Below are positions 1 to 9,118 of a stretch of 64,000 bases of DNA, piece after piece. Position numbers and translations under genes: made by a program. The DNA lies in the NCBI GenBank assembly GCA_944392315.1, contig CALXWH010000003.1:22909-86908 (forward strand), given 5' to 3'. Origin of the DNA: an uncultured Alphaproteobacteria bacterium. Its GTDB lineage: Bacteria; Pseudomonadota; Alphaproteobacteria; RF32; CAG-239. The notes below the pieces were generated by a model. The model ran no database searches and was not told the DNA's origin. It worked only from the letters and a program-made list of their open reading frames with translations. How positions within the stretch are numbered: position 1 is the stretch's first letter; every line of letters begins with the position of its first letter.

Positions 1-840
1 TATATTCGCTTCATAAATGTATGAAATCACCTTGTCTTGATATTCTATATCGGTCCAGGTGGTTACCGCGTCTATCTTTTTAGGCAAGGTCTTTTTGATT
101 GTATCTAACATTATGCCTATTTGTTTTTCACGCTCGGCATCAGCGGTTGCTTTTTTTTCAGCGGCGGCTTTTGCCTCGGCTTCGGCTTTGGCTTTTTCTG
201 CAGCGGCTTGCTCTTTGGCGGCTTTTTCTTCCGGCGTTTCATTTATTTCGGCCAGCAAATTTTGCAGGTTTTCATCCTCGGATACCGACAAATCTAACTC
301 ATCTTTTGGTGCTACAGTTTTGGCTTCCTCTGTTTTTTTAGCCTCACTTAATATCTCCGGAGATAAAAGGTCTTTTTCGGGCATTACATCTTCTTTGGTC
401 AGGCCCTTTTCTTCTGCTTTCGGCTCACCTAATCCCCAATCTTCATCCAATGATAAATCATCTTCCATATCCAGTTCGTAGTCGGCCATGGCTTGTAATG
501 TTTTATTGACATCACCTAATGACTTTAACTCATCTTTTCCTTCTGTTTCAGAGGTCTGGGCAGCGGTTTGCTCTGCTGCTTCTGTGGATTTTTTATCTAC
601 AGAAGATTTTTTTGTATCAAAACCTTCCGCCTCTATGATGTTGGCACGGAAATTTTCAAACTGATAGTTTAAATATTCTTCCAACGACAATTTGTTATCT
701 TTGTTGGTGTCCATTTTTTTGAACTCGTTTACAAAGATGGCTTCCGTTGCTTTGAGCTGCTCGGCCGCAGTCAACGCATACGCGCTGCCCACAGACGACG
801 CAACCAGCGAAACTGAAAATAATAACAGAGATTTTTTCAT
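1..840 (-). CDS. Secreted EF-hand-containing protein with acidic and Ala/Glu/Lys-rich regions (3' end outside window)
   Basis: Own translation from ATG at 840: MKKSLLLFSVSLVASSVGSAYA signal peptide, EF-hand loop FKKMDTNKDNKLSLEEY, AAAEKAKAEAEAKAAAEKK tract; open to the window edge, absent from the ORF track. Confidence 0.75.
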   Translation of the reverse strand, partial: MKKSLLLFSVSLVASSVGSAYALTAAEQLKATEAIFVNEFKKMDTNKDNKLSLEEYLNYQFENFRANIIEAEGFDTKKSSVDKKSTEAAEQTAAQTSETEGKDELKSLGDVNKTLQAMADYELDMEDDLSLDEDWGLGEPKAEEKGLTKEDVMPEKDLLSPEILSEAKKTEEAKTVAPKDELDLSVSEDENLQNLLAEINETPEEKAAKEQAAAEKAKAEAEAKAAAEKKATADAEREKQIGIMLDTIKKTLPKKIDAVTTWTDIEYQDKVISYIYEANI

Positions 841-892
841 TGGGTTTCACCTTATAAAATTACATTTATAAGTGATTTTTGCACCGATTGTC

Positions 893-1534
893 TTAAATTT
901 TCTTTAACAGATGAAAATTATTTGCACCGTCATAGAACGTTACCGCATTGGCTAATTTTTGATAAGCCGTCGCATATTTTTTGATACCGGCGGCACGCTC
1001 CAATATCAGAGATTTGGGGACATAACGATTGATTTTCTTGGCTCTTTCTTCGGCGCGCTCAATCGCTAATGCCGTATCGCAGACGATGAAATCTACCGCC
1101 GTATGATAGCCCTTTTTATGGATATTCTTAAATAACTCCAAATGCGCCGGATTGGTGCCGCTATGTTCAAACATGATGTTTAATTTCATATTCATCGCGC
1201 GACGCAATAACTCATAACCGATAATACGCGCGGTCATCTCGTGGTTTTGAAAAGCAACAACATTGCCGAATTTGGCCAAATCTTTTTGATAGGACGGCAG
1301 AGATATCATTATCTTATCAAAACTCAAAAACAGAAAATTCTTAAGCTGATGTGTGGCGCAAAAAGTGCTTTTGCCGGCACCGGGAATACCTGATATTTGT
1401 CTTAATTCCGGCTGTGCAACCGGTTGAAGCCCTCGCAAATTATCTGCAATTATCGCTTCGGTTTCTTTGCTCTTAATCGCTTTATAGTCTGAAGTTATCA
1501 GCTGATTGATGGACGGCATTAGGGTTTTTAACAT
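893..1534 (-). CDS. Zeta-toxin-family P-loop kinase
   Basis: ISGIPGAGKST Walker A, SFDKI, NIMFEHSG, ERAEERAKKINRYVP lid; ATG 1534 preceded by AGGTGAG. Confidence 0.65.
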   Translation of the reverse strand: MLKTLMPSINQLITSDYKAIKSKETEAIIADNLRGLQPVAQPELRQISGIPGAGKSTFCATHQLKNFLFLSFDKIMISLPSYQKDLAKFGNVVAFQNHEMTARIIGYELLRRAMNMKLNIMFEHSGTNPAHLELFKNIHKKGYHTAVDFIVCDTALAIERAEERAKKINRYVPKSLILERAAGIKKYATAYQKLANAVTFYDGANNFHLLKKI

Positions 1535-1542
1535 ATTCTCAC

Positions 1543-2757
1543 CTATATTGCCCAAGACTCGGCCGGTCTTAATTCTTCTAACAGAGTAAATGTTTTACTG
1601 GCTATCATCAGCTCTTCGTTTGCCGGTATAACAAAAACTTTTACCTTGCTTGTCGGCGCGCTGATATCTGTTGGTGCCGGGCGCTGTTTATTCTTCTCGC
1701 TATCTAATTCCAACCCAAGATATTTTAAGCGTTGGCACAACTTTTCCCTAATTAAGGGTGCATTTTCGCCAATGCCTGCCGTGAAAATCAACGCATCAAT
1801 GCCGCCTAAGACTGCCACGTACGCACCGATTTTTTTGAGCAATCCATACACAAACGTATCTATAGCCAAGCGGCAGAGCTCATTTCCTTTTTCGGCATTT
1901 TCTATAATATCGCGCATATCCGAATGACCACCGGATAAACCGTACAACCCACTTTGTTTATTAAGCATTAAATTAACTTCATCGGCGGTTTTGCCTTGGG
2001 TCTTCATAATATGCAATGGAATATACGGATCCATATCTCCCGAACGTGTTGCCATCATCACCCCGGCAGACGGCGTATAGCCCATGGTCGTATCAACGCT
2101 CTTACCATCTTTTATGGCCGTTACCGAAGCACCGCCCCCTAAATGGCAGCAGATAAATTTACCTTTTCTCCCCAGTAACTCGGCAGCTTTTTGCGCGGCA
2201 TAATTATGTGACGTTCCATGAAAGCCATAGCGGCGAATGCGGTCTTTCTCATAATATTCTTTTGGGATAGCATACATAAATGCCGGCTTTTTCATACTTT
2301 GATGATACGCACTGTCAAATGTGGCTACTTGTATCACGCCGGGAAGAAGCTCCGTCATTGCCTCAACCCCATGCACAAATGCCGGTCCGTGCAAGGGTAG
2401 CAGTGGCAGTGTGTCATATATTTTTTTCATCACATCTTCATCTATAATAACCGAACGATCAAAATATTCTCCCCCATGCCCCATGCGATGTCCGACGGCA
2501 GAAAGCTCAGAGGTATTTTTCAAATATTTATGTGATAAATAGTCCAATATGGTTTTGATGGCTTCTTTATGGTCGGCAACCGCACACTCACAGGCTAATT
2601 CATGCCGATTATCCGGCTTGACGACTAACTTTGACCCGGGCAACCCTATGCGGTCTACCATGCCTTTGGTCAAAACTTCATGCACGCCTTTATCCATCTT
2701 AAAAAGCTGGAATTTTACGGTTGTTGAACCAGAGTTTAATACCAATATTTTTTCCAT
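1543..2757 (-). CDS. ackA: Acetate/propionate family kinase
   Basis: LVLNSGSTTVK, GHRxxHGG, RRYGFHGTSH, TRSGD, GIGEN, NEE motifs. Confidence 0.9.
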   Translation of the reverse strand: MEKILVLNSGSTTVKFQLFKMDKGVHEVLTKGMVDRIGLPGSKLVVKPDNRHELACECAVADHKEAIKTILDYLSHKYLKNTSELSAVGHRMGHGGEYFDRSVIIDEDVMKKIYDTLPLLPLHGPAFVHGVEAMTELLPGVIQVATFDSAYHQSMKKPAFMYAIPKEYYEKDRIRRYGFHGTSHNYAAQKAAELLGRKGKFICCHLGGGASVTAIKDGKSVDTTMGYTPSAGVMMATRSGDMDPYIPLHIMKTQGKTADEVNLMLNKQSGLYGLSGGHSDMRDIIENAEKGNELCRLAIDTFVYGLLKKIGAYVAVLGGIDALIFTAGIGENAPLIREKLCQRLKYLGLELDSEKNKQRPAPTDISAPTSKVKVFVIPANEELMIASKTFTLLEELRPAESWAI

Positions 2758-2947
2758 ATATTTCTCTTTCGGTTATTCACATTGTCGCCTGATTTAGCAC
2801 AAAAATCTTTTTTTGGCAATAAAAAAATATTTCCGCTTGGGGGAAAGTTCGGATTTTATCATTGAAATTAAGCTTTTATCGTTTATACTCCCTTTGATTT
2901 CAGAGAGTGATTTCAAGGTTTACGGTAATATTTTTTTAGGATAACAG

Positions 2948-4174
2948 ATGAAAGACGCCAGCAGAGTTCAGGCTATTATTGAAACGCTAGAGAGTATCTT
3001 TGAGGATAAATTTCCGGCGGATAATATTCTTGATAAATATTTTAAAGACCGGCGCTATATCGGCTCTAAGGATAGGCGTTTTATTGCCGATAATGTTTGG
3101 GCGATTATTCGTCAGCGGATGCATTTGTCCGAGGCACTCGGCGGGGTGGTTTCGGCAAGGCTTTTTGCAGCGCTTCATTTTGTTGATAAAGATTTGGATT
3201 TGCTTTTTAACGGGGAGGAATATGCCCCTCTAGTACTTAGCCGAGAGGAGAAAAATTTACTCGCTAAAGCGCAAGAGTTTGAGGATTTTTCTCAATATGC
3301 TTGTTATGAATGTCCACGTTGGCTCTTTGATAAAATCAATAATCCGGCGCTTATTGATGCGCTCAACACGACAGCGCCGGTTGATGTGCGGGCGAATTTG
3401 GTTGACCGTGAACACGCTCAGGAACGTTTGCGCAAAGAAGGATTGTTCTTTTCTTTCACCCCATATTCCCCTATCGGTTTACGCTCTCACGACCGTATTA
3501 ACCTTAATAACTGTATGACTTATCAAGACGGCGAAATTGAAGTAATGGATGAGGCTTCTCAACTTATCGCTTTGTTATGTCGGGTGAAACCTTTTCATAA
3601 AGTGATTGACTATTGCGCCGGTGCAGGTGGAAAATCTTTAGCTATCGGGGCTCTGCTTCACAACGAAGGACTGATTTGGGCGCATGATATCAGTCAAGAA
3701 AGGCTTTCTCGTATCAAAAAAAGAGCGGAACGCTTGGACATTCAAAATATTAAGACCATTGCATCCGTGCAAGATAAAGATTATACGCGTTTTATTATTG
3801 ATGCGCCCTGCTCCGGCTCCGGAACATGGCGGCGCACACCGGATGCAAAATATCGGTTATCTCAGCAGCGGCTCAATGAACTTTGCCGGACACAGGCAGA
3901 GATTTTGGACTTTGGTGCGGAACACACAGCTCCTAACGGACGACTCATTTATATCACTTGTTCGGTTTTGCCGGATGAAAATGAACAACAAATTGAAGCC
4001 TTTTTAAGCCGGCACCCGGACTTTGAGACGCTTGACCATCGTGCCTTATGGAAAGATGTTCTTGATATTGCCGTCTTTCCGTTTGATAATGAAAGATGGT
4101 TGAAATTTTCACCGCTACGCACACAAACTGACGGTTTCTTCTTCTGCGCTTTACAAAGAAAACAGGTTCTCTAA
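2948..4174 (+). CDS. RsmB/NOP family SAM-dependent RNA m5C methyltransferase
   Basis: DEASQL, DYCAGAGGKS, DAPCSGSG, YITCS, DGFF motifs. Confidence 0.9.
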   Translation: MKDASRVQAIIETLESIFEDKFPADNILDKYFKDRRYIGSKDRRFIADNVWAIIRQRMHLSEALGGVVSARLFAALHFVDKDLDLLFNGEEYAPLVLSREEKNLLAKAQEFEDFSQYACYECPRWLFDKINNPALIDALNTTAPVDVRANLVDREHAQERLRKEGLFFSFTPYSPIGLRSHDRINLNNCMTYQDGEIEVMDEASQLIALLCRVKPFHKVIDYCAGAGGKSLAIGALLHNEGLIWAHDISQERLSRIKKRAERLDIQNIKTIASVQDKDYTRFIIDAPCSGSGTWRRTPDAKYRLSQQRLNELCRTQAEILDFGAEHTAPNGRLIYITCSVLPDENEQQIEAFLSRHPDFETLDHRALWKDVLDIAVFPFDNERWLKFSPLRTQTDGFFFCALQRKQVL

Positions 4175-4311
4175 ACGGATGTGTTTAAATCTTTTTTAGG
4201 ACTTGATTTTCTTTTGCTTTTCTTTTATGCTATTTTTTAATCTGAAATACTTATCGGACATTGCTCCTTTTCGTTCAAAACGTATATATAAAAAAGGAAA
4301 TAATAAACGTT

Positions 4312-4896
4312 ATGATTTTATATTTGATGAGACACGGGCAAACAGATTGGAACGCAACCGGAAAGCTGCAGGGCAGAACAGATACGCAGCTTAATGAAAT
4401 CGGTGCCGCTCAAGTTCACGAGGCCTCATTGAAACTTATCGGGGAGCAGATTGAAACAATTTATGCCAGCGACCTTAAAAGAGCTAAAAAAAGTGCCGAC
4501 ATTGCCAGCAATGTTTTAGATTTGCCGGTGCACTATACCAAACGCTTGAGAGAAATGAGTTTCGGTAAAGCCGAAGGGATGACAAAAAATGATATTCAAG
4601 CGGTTTTTCCATATATTTATCAGGCTTTTAATGATGTTAAAAATCCGGACCGTTATGATATTTGTTACCCCGGCGGAGAAACTATCGGTGAAGTGCAACA
4701 GAGATTTATGAAACTGGTTAATAAACTGTTTGAAGAAGGACGTGAACGCGTTTTGCTCGTGACGCACGGGATGCTTATTCGGATTTTTACTGAAACTTGT
4801 TTGAAAAAAACTTTCCGACTCGAAAATGGGTCCGTGCTTAGGGTCGTTTTTGATGAAAAATCTAAAAAATTTAAATCCCCTAAAATCCTTTTTTGA
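4312..4896 (+). CDS. Histidine phosphatase (phosphoglycerate mutase family)
   Basis: RHGQT, SDLKRA, LREMSFG, VTHG motifs; ATG 4312 after AAGGA. Confidence 0.9.
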   Translation: MILYLMRHGQTDWNATGKLQGRTDTQLNEIGAAQVHEASLKLIGEQIETIYASDLKRAKKSADIASNVLDLPVHYTKRLREMSFGKAEGMTKNDIQAVFPYIYQAFNDVKNPDRYDICYPGGETIGEVQQRFMKLVNKLFEEGRERVLLVTHGMLIRIFTETCLKKTFRLENGSVLRVVFDEKSKKFKSPKILF

Positions 4897-5009
4897 TGAT
4901 TTTTTGCGAAAAAAGATGAAAAATCTGTGATTTAAATCTTGCACTCTCTTGTAAATATAATCCTTTTGACTATTATATACTTGTTTTGTAATTTTTTTGT
5001 GAGGAAAAT

Positions 5010-6053
5010 ATGGTTAGTAAAAAAACGAATGCTGCAAAGCAAACGGCTTCTCTGAAAAAAGCAGAAGATACGGCTCTTGCCGAACCGAAGAAAAAAACTT
5101 CAACGGTTAAATCTAAAGCGGCTGCTCCTAAAAAAAGCACCGAAAAAGAGGTTAAAAAACAAGTTGTGCCCGAAACTCATAATGTTGATGTTGTCGGCGA
5201 TGTCTTAAACATTAAATCTCAAAATGAAGCAAAAAAGGCCGGAAAATCCTCACGTAGCACTTCGTCTAAAGTTAAAGAAGAAGCTGTTGTGGAAGCGGCT
5301 GCTCCTGAAAGCAAAAATGCTTCTCATTCTAACAAACATGCTGCTGTTAAAGAAAATGCTAAAATTGCCGAAGCTAAAAAATTTGCTGAAATGAAAGGTA
5401 TTTTGGCTGAAATTGATACCGAAGCTGATGCGGAAAATTCTGCTGCTTGCGGCGGGGCATGGTGCGCTTGGCTTAACGCTTATAAAAATATATTTAATTT
5501 TAAGGGCAGAAGCTCTCGCTTTGAATTTTGGAGCTTTATGCTGATTAATATGTTTATCTTGCTCGCTTTTTGCCTTGGCATTGAATTTATGGGGGATTCT
5601 TTGCTGACGATGACGCTGTCTGCCGTTGTGTATATTGCACAAATCATTGTTTATTTGGCGATGTTTGTCAGACGTTTGCACGATGCCGGATACAGCTCTT
5701 GGAAAGGCTTTTTCAAACCGCTTTTGATTTCGTGGATTTTAACGGCGGCTACTTCCGTTTATCTCGTTACATTTACGCCGGTTGATCCTTTGGCGATACA
5801 AATTGCTCTTGTTGTTGCCGTTTTGCTCCTTTTGACTTATGGGTATTATGCCATCAAGACTTTTGTTGCCGCCGGTTTCTTTGAAGAAGAGAAAAATGCT
5901 AATGTTTACGGCGCCGCTTCGTTTATTGATGATGCGCACAAAATGAGAAGCCTGAAATATGCTTCTATTTATCTTTTGATTATTATCTTGGGATATTTGA
6001 TTTCGCTCTCTTCTATCTTTTATGGCGTTCTTGCCAGCATTTACGCTTACTAA
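5010..6053 (+). CDS. DUF805 membrane protein with long Lys/Ala/Glu-rich N-terminal extension
   Basis: FNFKGRSSRFEFW and VRRLHDAG motifs, multiple TM helices. Confidence 0.8.
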   Translation: MVSKKTNAAKQTASLKKAEDTALAEPKKKTSTVKSKAAAPKKSTEKEVKKQVVPETHNVDVVGDVLNIKSQNEAKKAGKSSRSTSSKVKEEAVVEAAAPESKNASHSNKHAAVKENAKIAEAKKFAEMKGILAEIDTEADAENSAACGGAWCAWLNAYKNIFNFKGRSSRFEFWSFMLINMFILLAFCLGIEFMGDSLLTMTLSAVVYIAQIIVYLAMFVRRLHDAGYSSWKGFFKPLLISWILTAATSVYLVTFTPVDPLAIQIALVVAVLLLLTYGYYAIKTFVAAGFFEEEKNANVYGAASFIDDAHKMRSLKYASIYLLIIILGYLISLSSIFYGVLASIYAY

Positions 6054-6120
6054 AGGTGGATAATCGGGTTGTTTTAGAGGGAACAGTCTTGTGATTGTTT
6101 CCTCTTTTTGTATCATGCAC

Positions 6121-6151
6121 AAAAAAAGCAGGAGATTGCCTCTGCTCTTTT
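6121..6151. terminator. Bidirectional intrinsic terminator
   Basis: AAAAAAAGCAGGAG...CTCTGCTCTTTT hairpin between convergent genes. Confidence 0.6.
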
Positions 6152-6267
6152 ATGTTTTGCATCATTCTACTTTTTCTTTTAATTTTTCCAGCACTCTAAT
6201 TTTTTATGCTGCATTTTACTTTTCTTTAATTTCTTCTTGATCTCTTGTATTGTTTCCCTTCTCTTGC

Positions 6268-6954
6268 TTACAGCCATTCTTCATTCAGCGCGTGCAAAAC
6301 GACATCAACCATTAAGGCAGCTTTTTCGGGAACATTTTGCCAGAAATTGTTATATTCTTCCTCTTGATTAACTTTCCCGACGACATCACTGATAATCCGC
6401 AAAGAAATATATGGACGCCGCTCGTTCAAAAACGCCGTTTGGGCAATAGCAGCACTTTCCATATCAACGGCCAGAGCTTCGGGAAATTCTTTTTTTATTT
6501 CTTTTAACCGTTTGGCATCGGTCAAAAATTGATCTCCGCTGACGGTTAATCCCGCTTTCAGATATCCTTCCGGCAAACCTTCTATTATCTTCCCGATAAT
6601 GTTCGGACGTGTTTCAAAATACAACGGCAATCCCTGCACTTGGCCTTTGGCATTGGGCTCTCCGCACCACACATCATGATAACATACCTTTTCGGCCAGC
6701 ACGATATCTCCTTGTTGCAGACTGGTATCTACCCCTCCGGCAAGCCCCGTGGTCATAAGCAAATCCGCACCGGCATCGCACGCCTTTTGCGCCGCTAAGG
6801 CCGCATTTACTTTACCGATACCGCTTTTTATCAGCAGTATCTTATTGCCGTGAGCTTCCGTTTCCGGAAAATCTCCGTCTTCTGAAAAATTATACAGTTT
6901 GCGGACAGCATCATATTCACTATCCATTGCGGTTATGACGGCTATGGTTTTCAT
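6268..6954 (-). CDS. mtnN: 5'-methylthioadenosine/S-adenosylhomocysteine nucleosidase
   Basis: AMDSE, SGIGKVNAA, SGDQF, VDMESAA, RIISD. Confidence 0.9.
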   Translation of the reverse strand: MKTIAVITAMDSEYDAVRKLYNFSEDGDFPETEAHGNKILLIKSGIGKVNAALAAQKACDAGADLLMTTGLAGGVDTSLQQGDIVLAEKVCYHDVWCGEPNAKGQVQGLPLYFETRPNIIGKIIEGLPEGYLKAGLTVSGDQFLTDAKRLKEIKKEFPEALAVDMESAAIAQTAFLNERRPYISLRIISDVVGKVNQEEEYNNFWQNVPEKAALMVDVVLHALNEEWL

Positions 6955-6965
6955 CTTGGCTCCTC

Positions 6966-7643
6966 TTAATTATATTTGCGAACGATACCGTACAAAATAC
7001 CTTGTATTTTTAAGCGGTCTGCCGTTAATTTTATCGGACTGTAATCTTTATTGCAAGGTAATAACCAAACTTCATTACCGCCTTTTTTATCCAATACCTT
7101 CAACGTAGCTTCTTCATTATCTACCAAAGCCACAACGATTTGACCATTTTCGGCTCTATCGGCTCTGCGGATGATGGCCGTATCGCCATCAAAAATCCCT
7201 GCCTCAATCATAGATTCACCTTCAATCGTCAGCGCGTATAGTTCTGATTTGGTAGAAAAGCTTTTGGGGATATAAATGTACTCTGACGGATTGGCTATGG
7301 CCTCTATCGGGGTGCCGGCAGCGATTTTGCCATACAATGGTATCATCAACGAAAATTCTGTTTCTCCGTTATCATTGGCAAAATGTTCTGCCTCTGAGAG
7401 TTCTTCCGCCTCGTCTAAATGCGCTTCAATTTGCGGGACTTTTAAGACTTCCAAGGCGCGGGCTTTATGCGCCAGTTTACGAATAAATCCTCTTTCTTCC
7501 AGGGCGTTTATCAAAGCGTGAATACCGGATTTTGACTTTAACCCGACCGCGTTTTTCATCTCTTCAAATGATGGTGAGTGGCCGGTTTCTTTAATGAAAT
7601 TATCTATATAAACCAATAGCTTATGTTGTTTTGGCGTTAACAT
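6966..7643 (-). CDS. lexA: SOS repressor LexA
   Basis: LTPKQ...SPSFEEM...SKSGIH wHTH, IAAG cleavage site, GESM Ser and TLK Lys catalytic motifs. Confidence 0.95.
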   Translation of the reverse strand: MLTPKQHKLLVYIDNFIKETGHSPSFEEMKNAVGLKSKSGIHALINALEERGFIRKLAHKARALEVLKVPQIEAHLDEAEELSEAEHFANDNGETEFSLMIPLYGKIAAGTPIEAIANPSEYIYIPKSFSTKSELYALTIEGESMIEAGIFDGDTAIIRRADRAENGQIVVALVDNEEATLKVLDKKGGNEVWLLPCNKDYSPIKLTADRLKIQGILYGIVRKYN

Positions 7644-7668
7644 ATTCCCTCCGTCTGTGTTTAATTTT

Positions 7669-7683
7669 GTTCTACTTTAGTTC
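7669..7683 (-). promoter_or_regulatory. Alphaproteobacterial LexA box (GTTC-N7-GTTC)
   Basis: GTTCtactttaGTTC 25 bp upstream of the lexA start. Confidence 0.85.
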
Positions 7684-7725
7684 TTTTTATCAGACTTGTC
7701 AAGCGCTTTTTTTTCTCTCTCCTTT

Positions 7726-9003
7726 TCACACTCTCTGGCAGGCTTGCAGGCGGCTTAAATATTCGTTTTTGCTTAAGTCATAACCGTTTTTTATCAGCTC
7801 TTTACTGGTTAATTTTTCTGCTACCAACCGACGGCGCATTTCTAAAACATTGTAGCTTATCTGCTTATCCGTTTTCTTGGGATGCTCGTACCCATAGGTC
7901 TTATGCTGGATGGCTCGCAAAATTTTTAATACGGTTGCAACTTTGATGTCTGTTCCGGCTAATTCGTGCGCGACATTCGGATAGGAATATACCAAACTCA
8001 ATGGCAATATCTTTTTATAGCTTTCAGGATATTTTCCCCAACCGATGTCAAAACGAGATTCGCCTTTGACGCGATATGGATGCGCTGTGCAGTTGCCGAT
8101 GATAATGTCTGATGCGATACCATTTAGATTATCATATGAAAAATAACGCTCATACTCGTTTTGACTGGGTTTATACGCGGGCATAATAAAGTTTACGCCT
8201 TGGCATGTCCCGGCCTTTTCCATTTGCGCAAAGCTCCATGCAAATTCCGTGGCCACACGGGTTTGATACACCGGATAGCCGAACATGGCGAATTTTACCT
8301 CTCTGTTACCCCAGATTTTATTTTTTATCTCGGATAATCTTTGAATATTATCCTTGGTGGAGATATCATAGGCTTCGCTGATGCACTCATCCACTATTTC
8401 ATGCGAAACACCCATCGCCTTAAAATAACGACGATACATTTCTTGCTCGGACCCCACATTATAAATTAAACTTGAATCGGTAAAGTCTGAATTGCCTTGA
8501 TTATCCCTTAAACCTAAAAAAATTAGTTTGACAGCCTGTTTGGTGCGGCGCAAATGTTTAAACCATGCATAAACGGCCGGACTTGCGGCTCCCGGATGTC
8601 CTGAAAACACCACAAATGCATCGGTATCGGCGGGTAAGTTCGTGTAGTCATAACCGATAATCTTTCTGTTATACCCTTTAAACGTTATAACCTCTCCGGC
8701 TTTGATGCGGCCCTGTTCTTCGGCTCTTAAGATTGTTTTCTTTTCTGAAGGTAGAAATAAAAACTCAGGTACTGGGGCTTCAGATATTTGAGCTTTCTTT
8801 GCGGTTTCTATCGCTGATTTTAAATTGAAATCTTTTTGATTAACTAAACCATACACATAGCGCGCATAGGTTACAAATGCGGCAAATTCCTCTCTATAAT
8901 GTCCGCGGCGACGCCATTCTTCGGCATAATCGCTATATTTTAACTCTTGTTTTTTGCAGATTGCCGTGACGATTTTTTCATATACGCTATGGTGGTGCAA
9001 CAT
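7726..9003 (-). CDS. Hypothetical protein with divergent YdcF/DUF218-like domain
   Basis: DAFVVFSG...LIFLG...SEQEMYRRYFKAMGV...STKDNI pattern; ATG 9003 with AGAGGG SD. Confidence 0.5.
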   Translation of the reverse strand: MLHHHSVYEKIVTAICKKQELKYSDYAEEWRRRGHYREEFAAFVTYARYVYGLVNQKDFNLKSAIETAKKAQISEAPVPEFLFLPSEKKTILRAEEQGRIKAGEVITFKGYNRKIIGYDYTNLPADTDAFVVFSGHPGAASPAVYAWFKHLRRTKQAVKLIFLGLRDNQGNSDFTDSSLIYNVGSEQEMYRRYFKAMGVSHEIVDECISEAYDISTKDNIQRLSEIKNKIWGNREVKFAMFGYPVYQTRVATEFAWSFAQMEKAGTCQGVNFIMPAYKPSQNEYERYFSYDNLNGIASDIIIGNCTAHPYRVKGESRFDIGWGKYPESYKKILPLSLVYSYPNVAHELAGTDIKVATVLKILRAIQHKTYGYEHPKKTDKQISYNVLEMRRRLVAEKLTSKELIKNGYDLSKNEYLSRLQACQRV

Positions 9004-9118
9004 GATTTCCCTCTTTTGTTTCTGAAAATTCTTACTCAATATTCGTAAATTTTTCGTATATATTAGCTTATTCTTAACTTTTATGCGGCTAAACATCTTT
9101 ATATTAAAGGGGGATTTT

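Noticed and set aside
59-481. + strand 140-aa Ala/Ser-rich ORF, and the many other short ORFs overlapping long genes
   Set aside because: Antisense or out-of-frame shadows of well-supported CDSs; no motifs or RBS
6163-6232. Imperfect direct repeat CATT(C/T)TACTTTT(T)CTTT(T)AATTT in the DUF805-mtnN gap
   Set aside because: Only two low-complexity copies; no spacer pattern or cas genes, so not CRISPR
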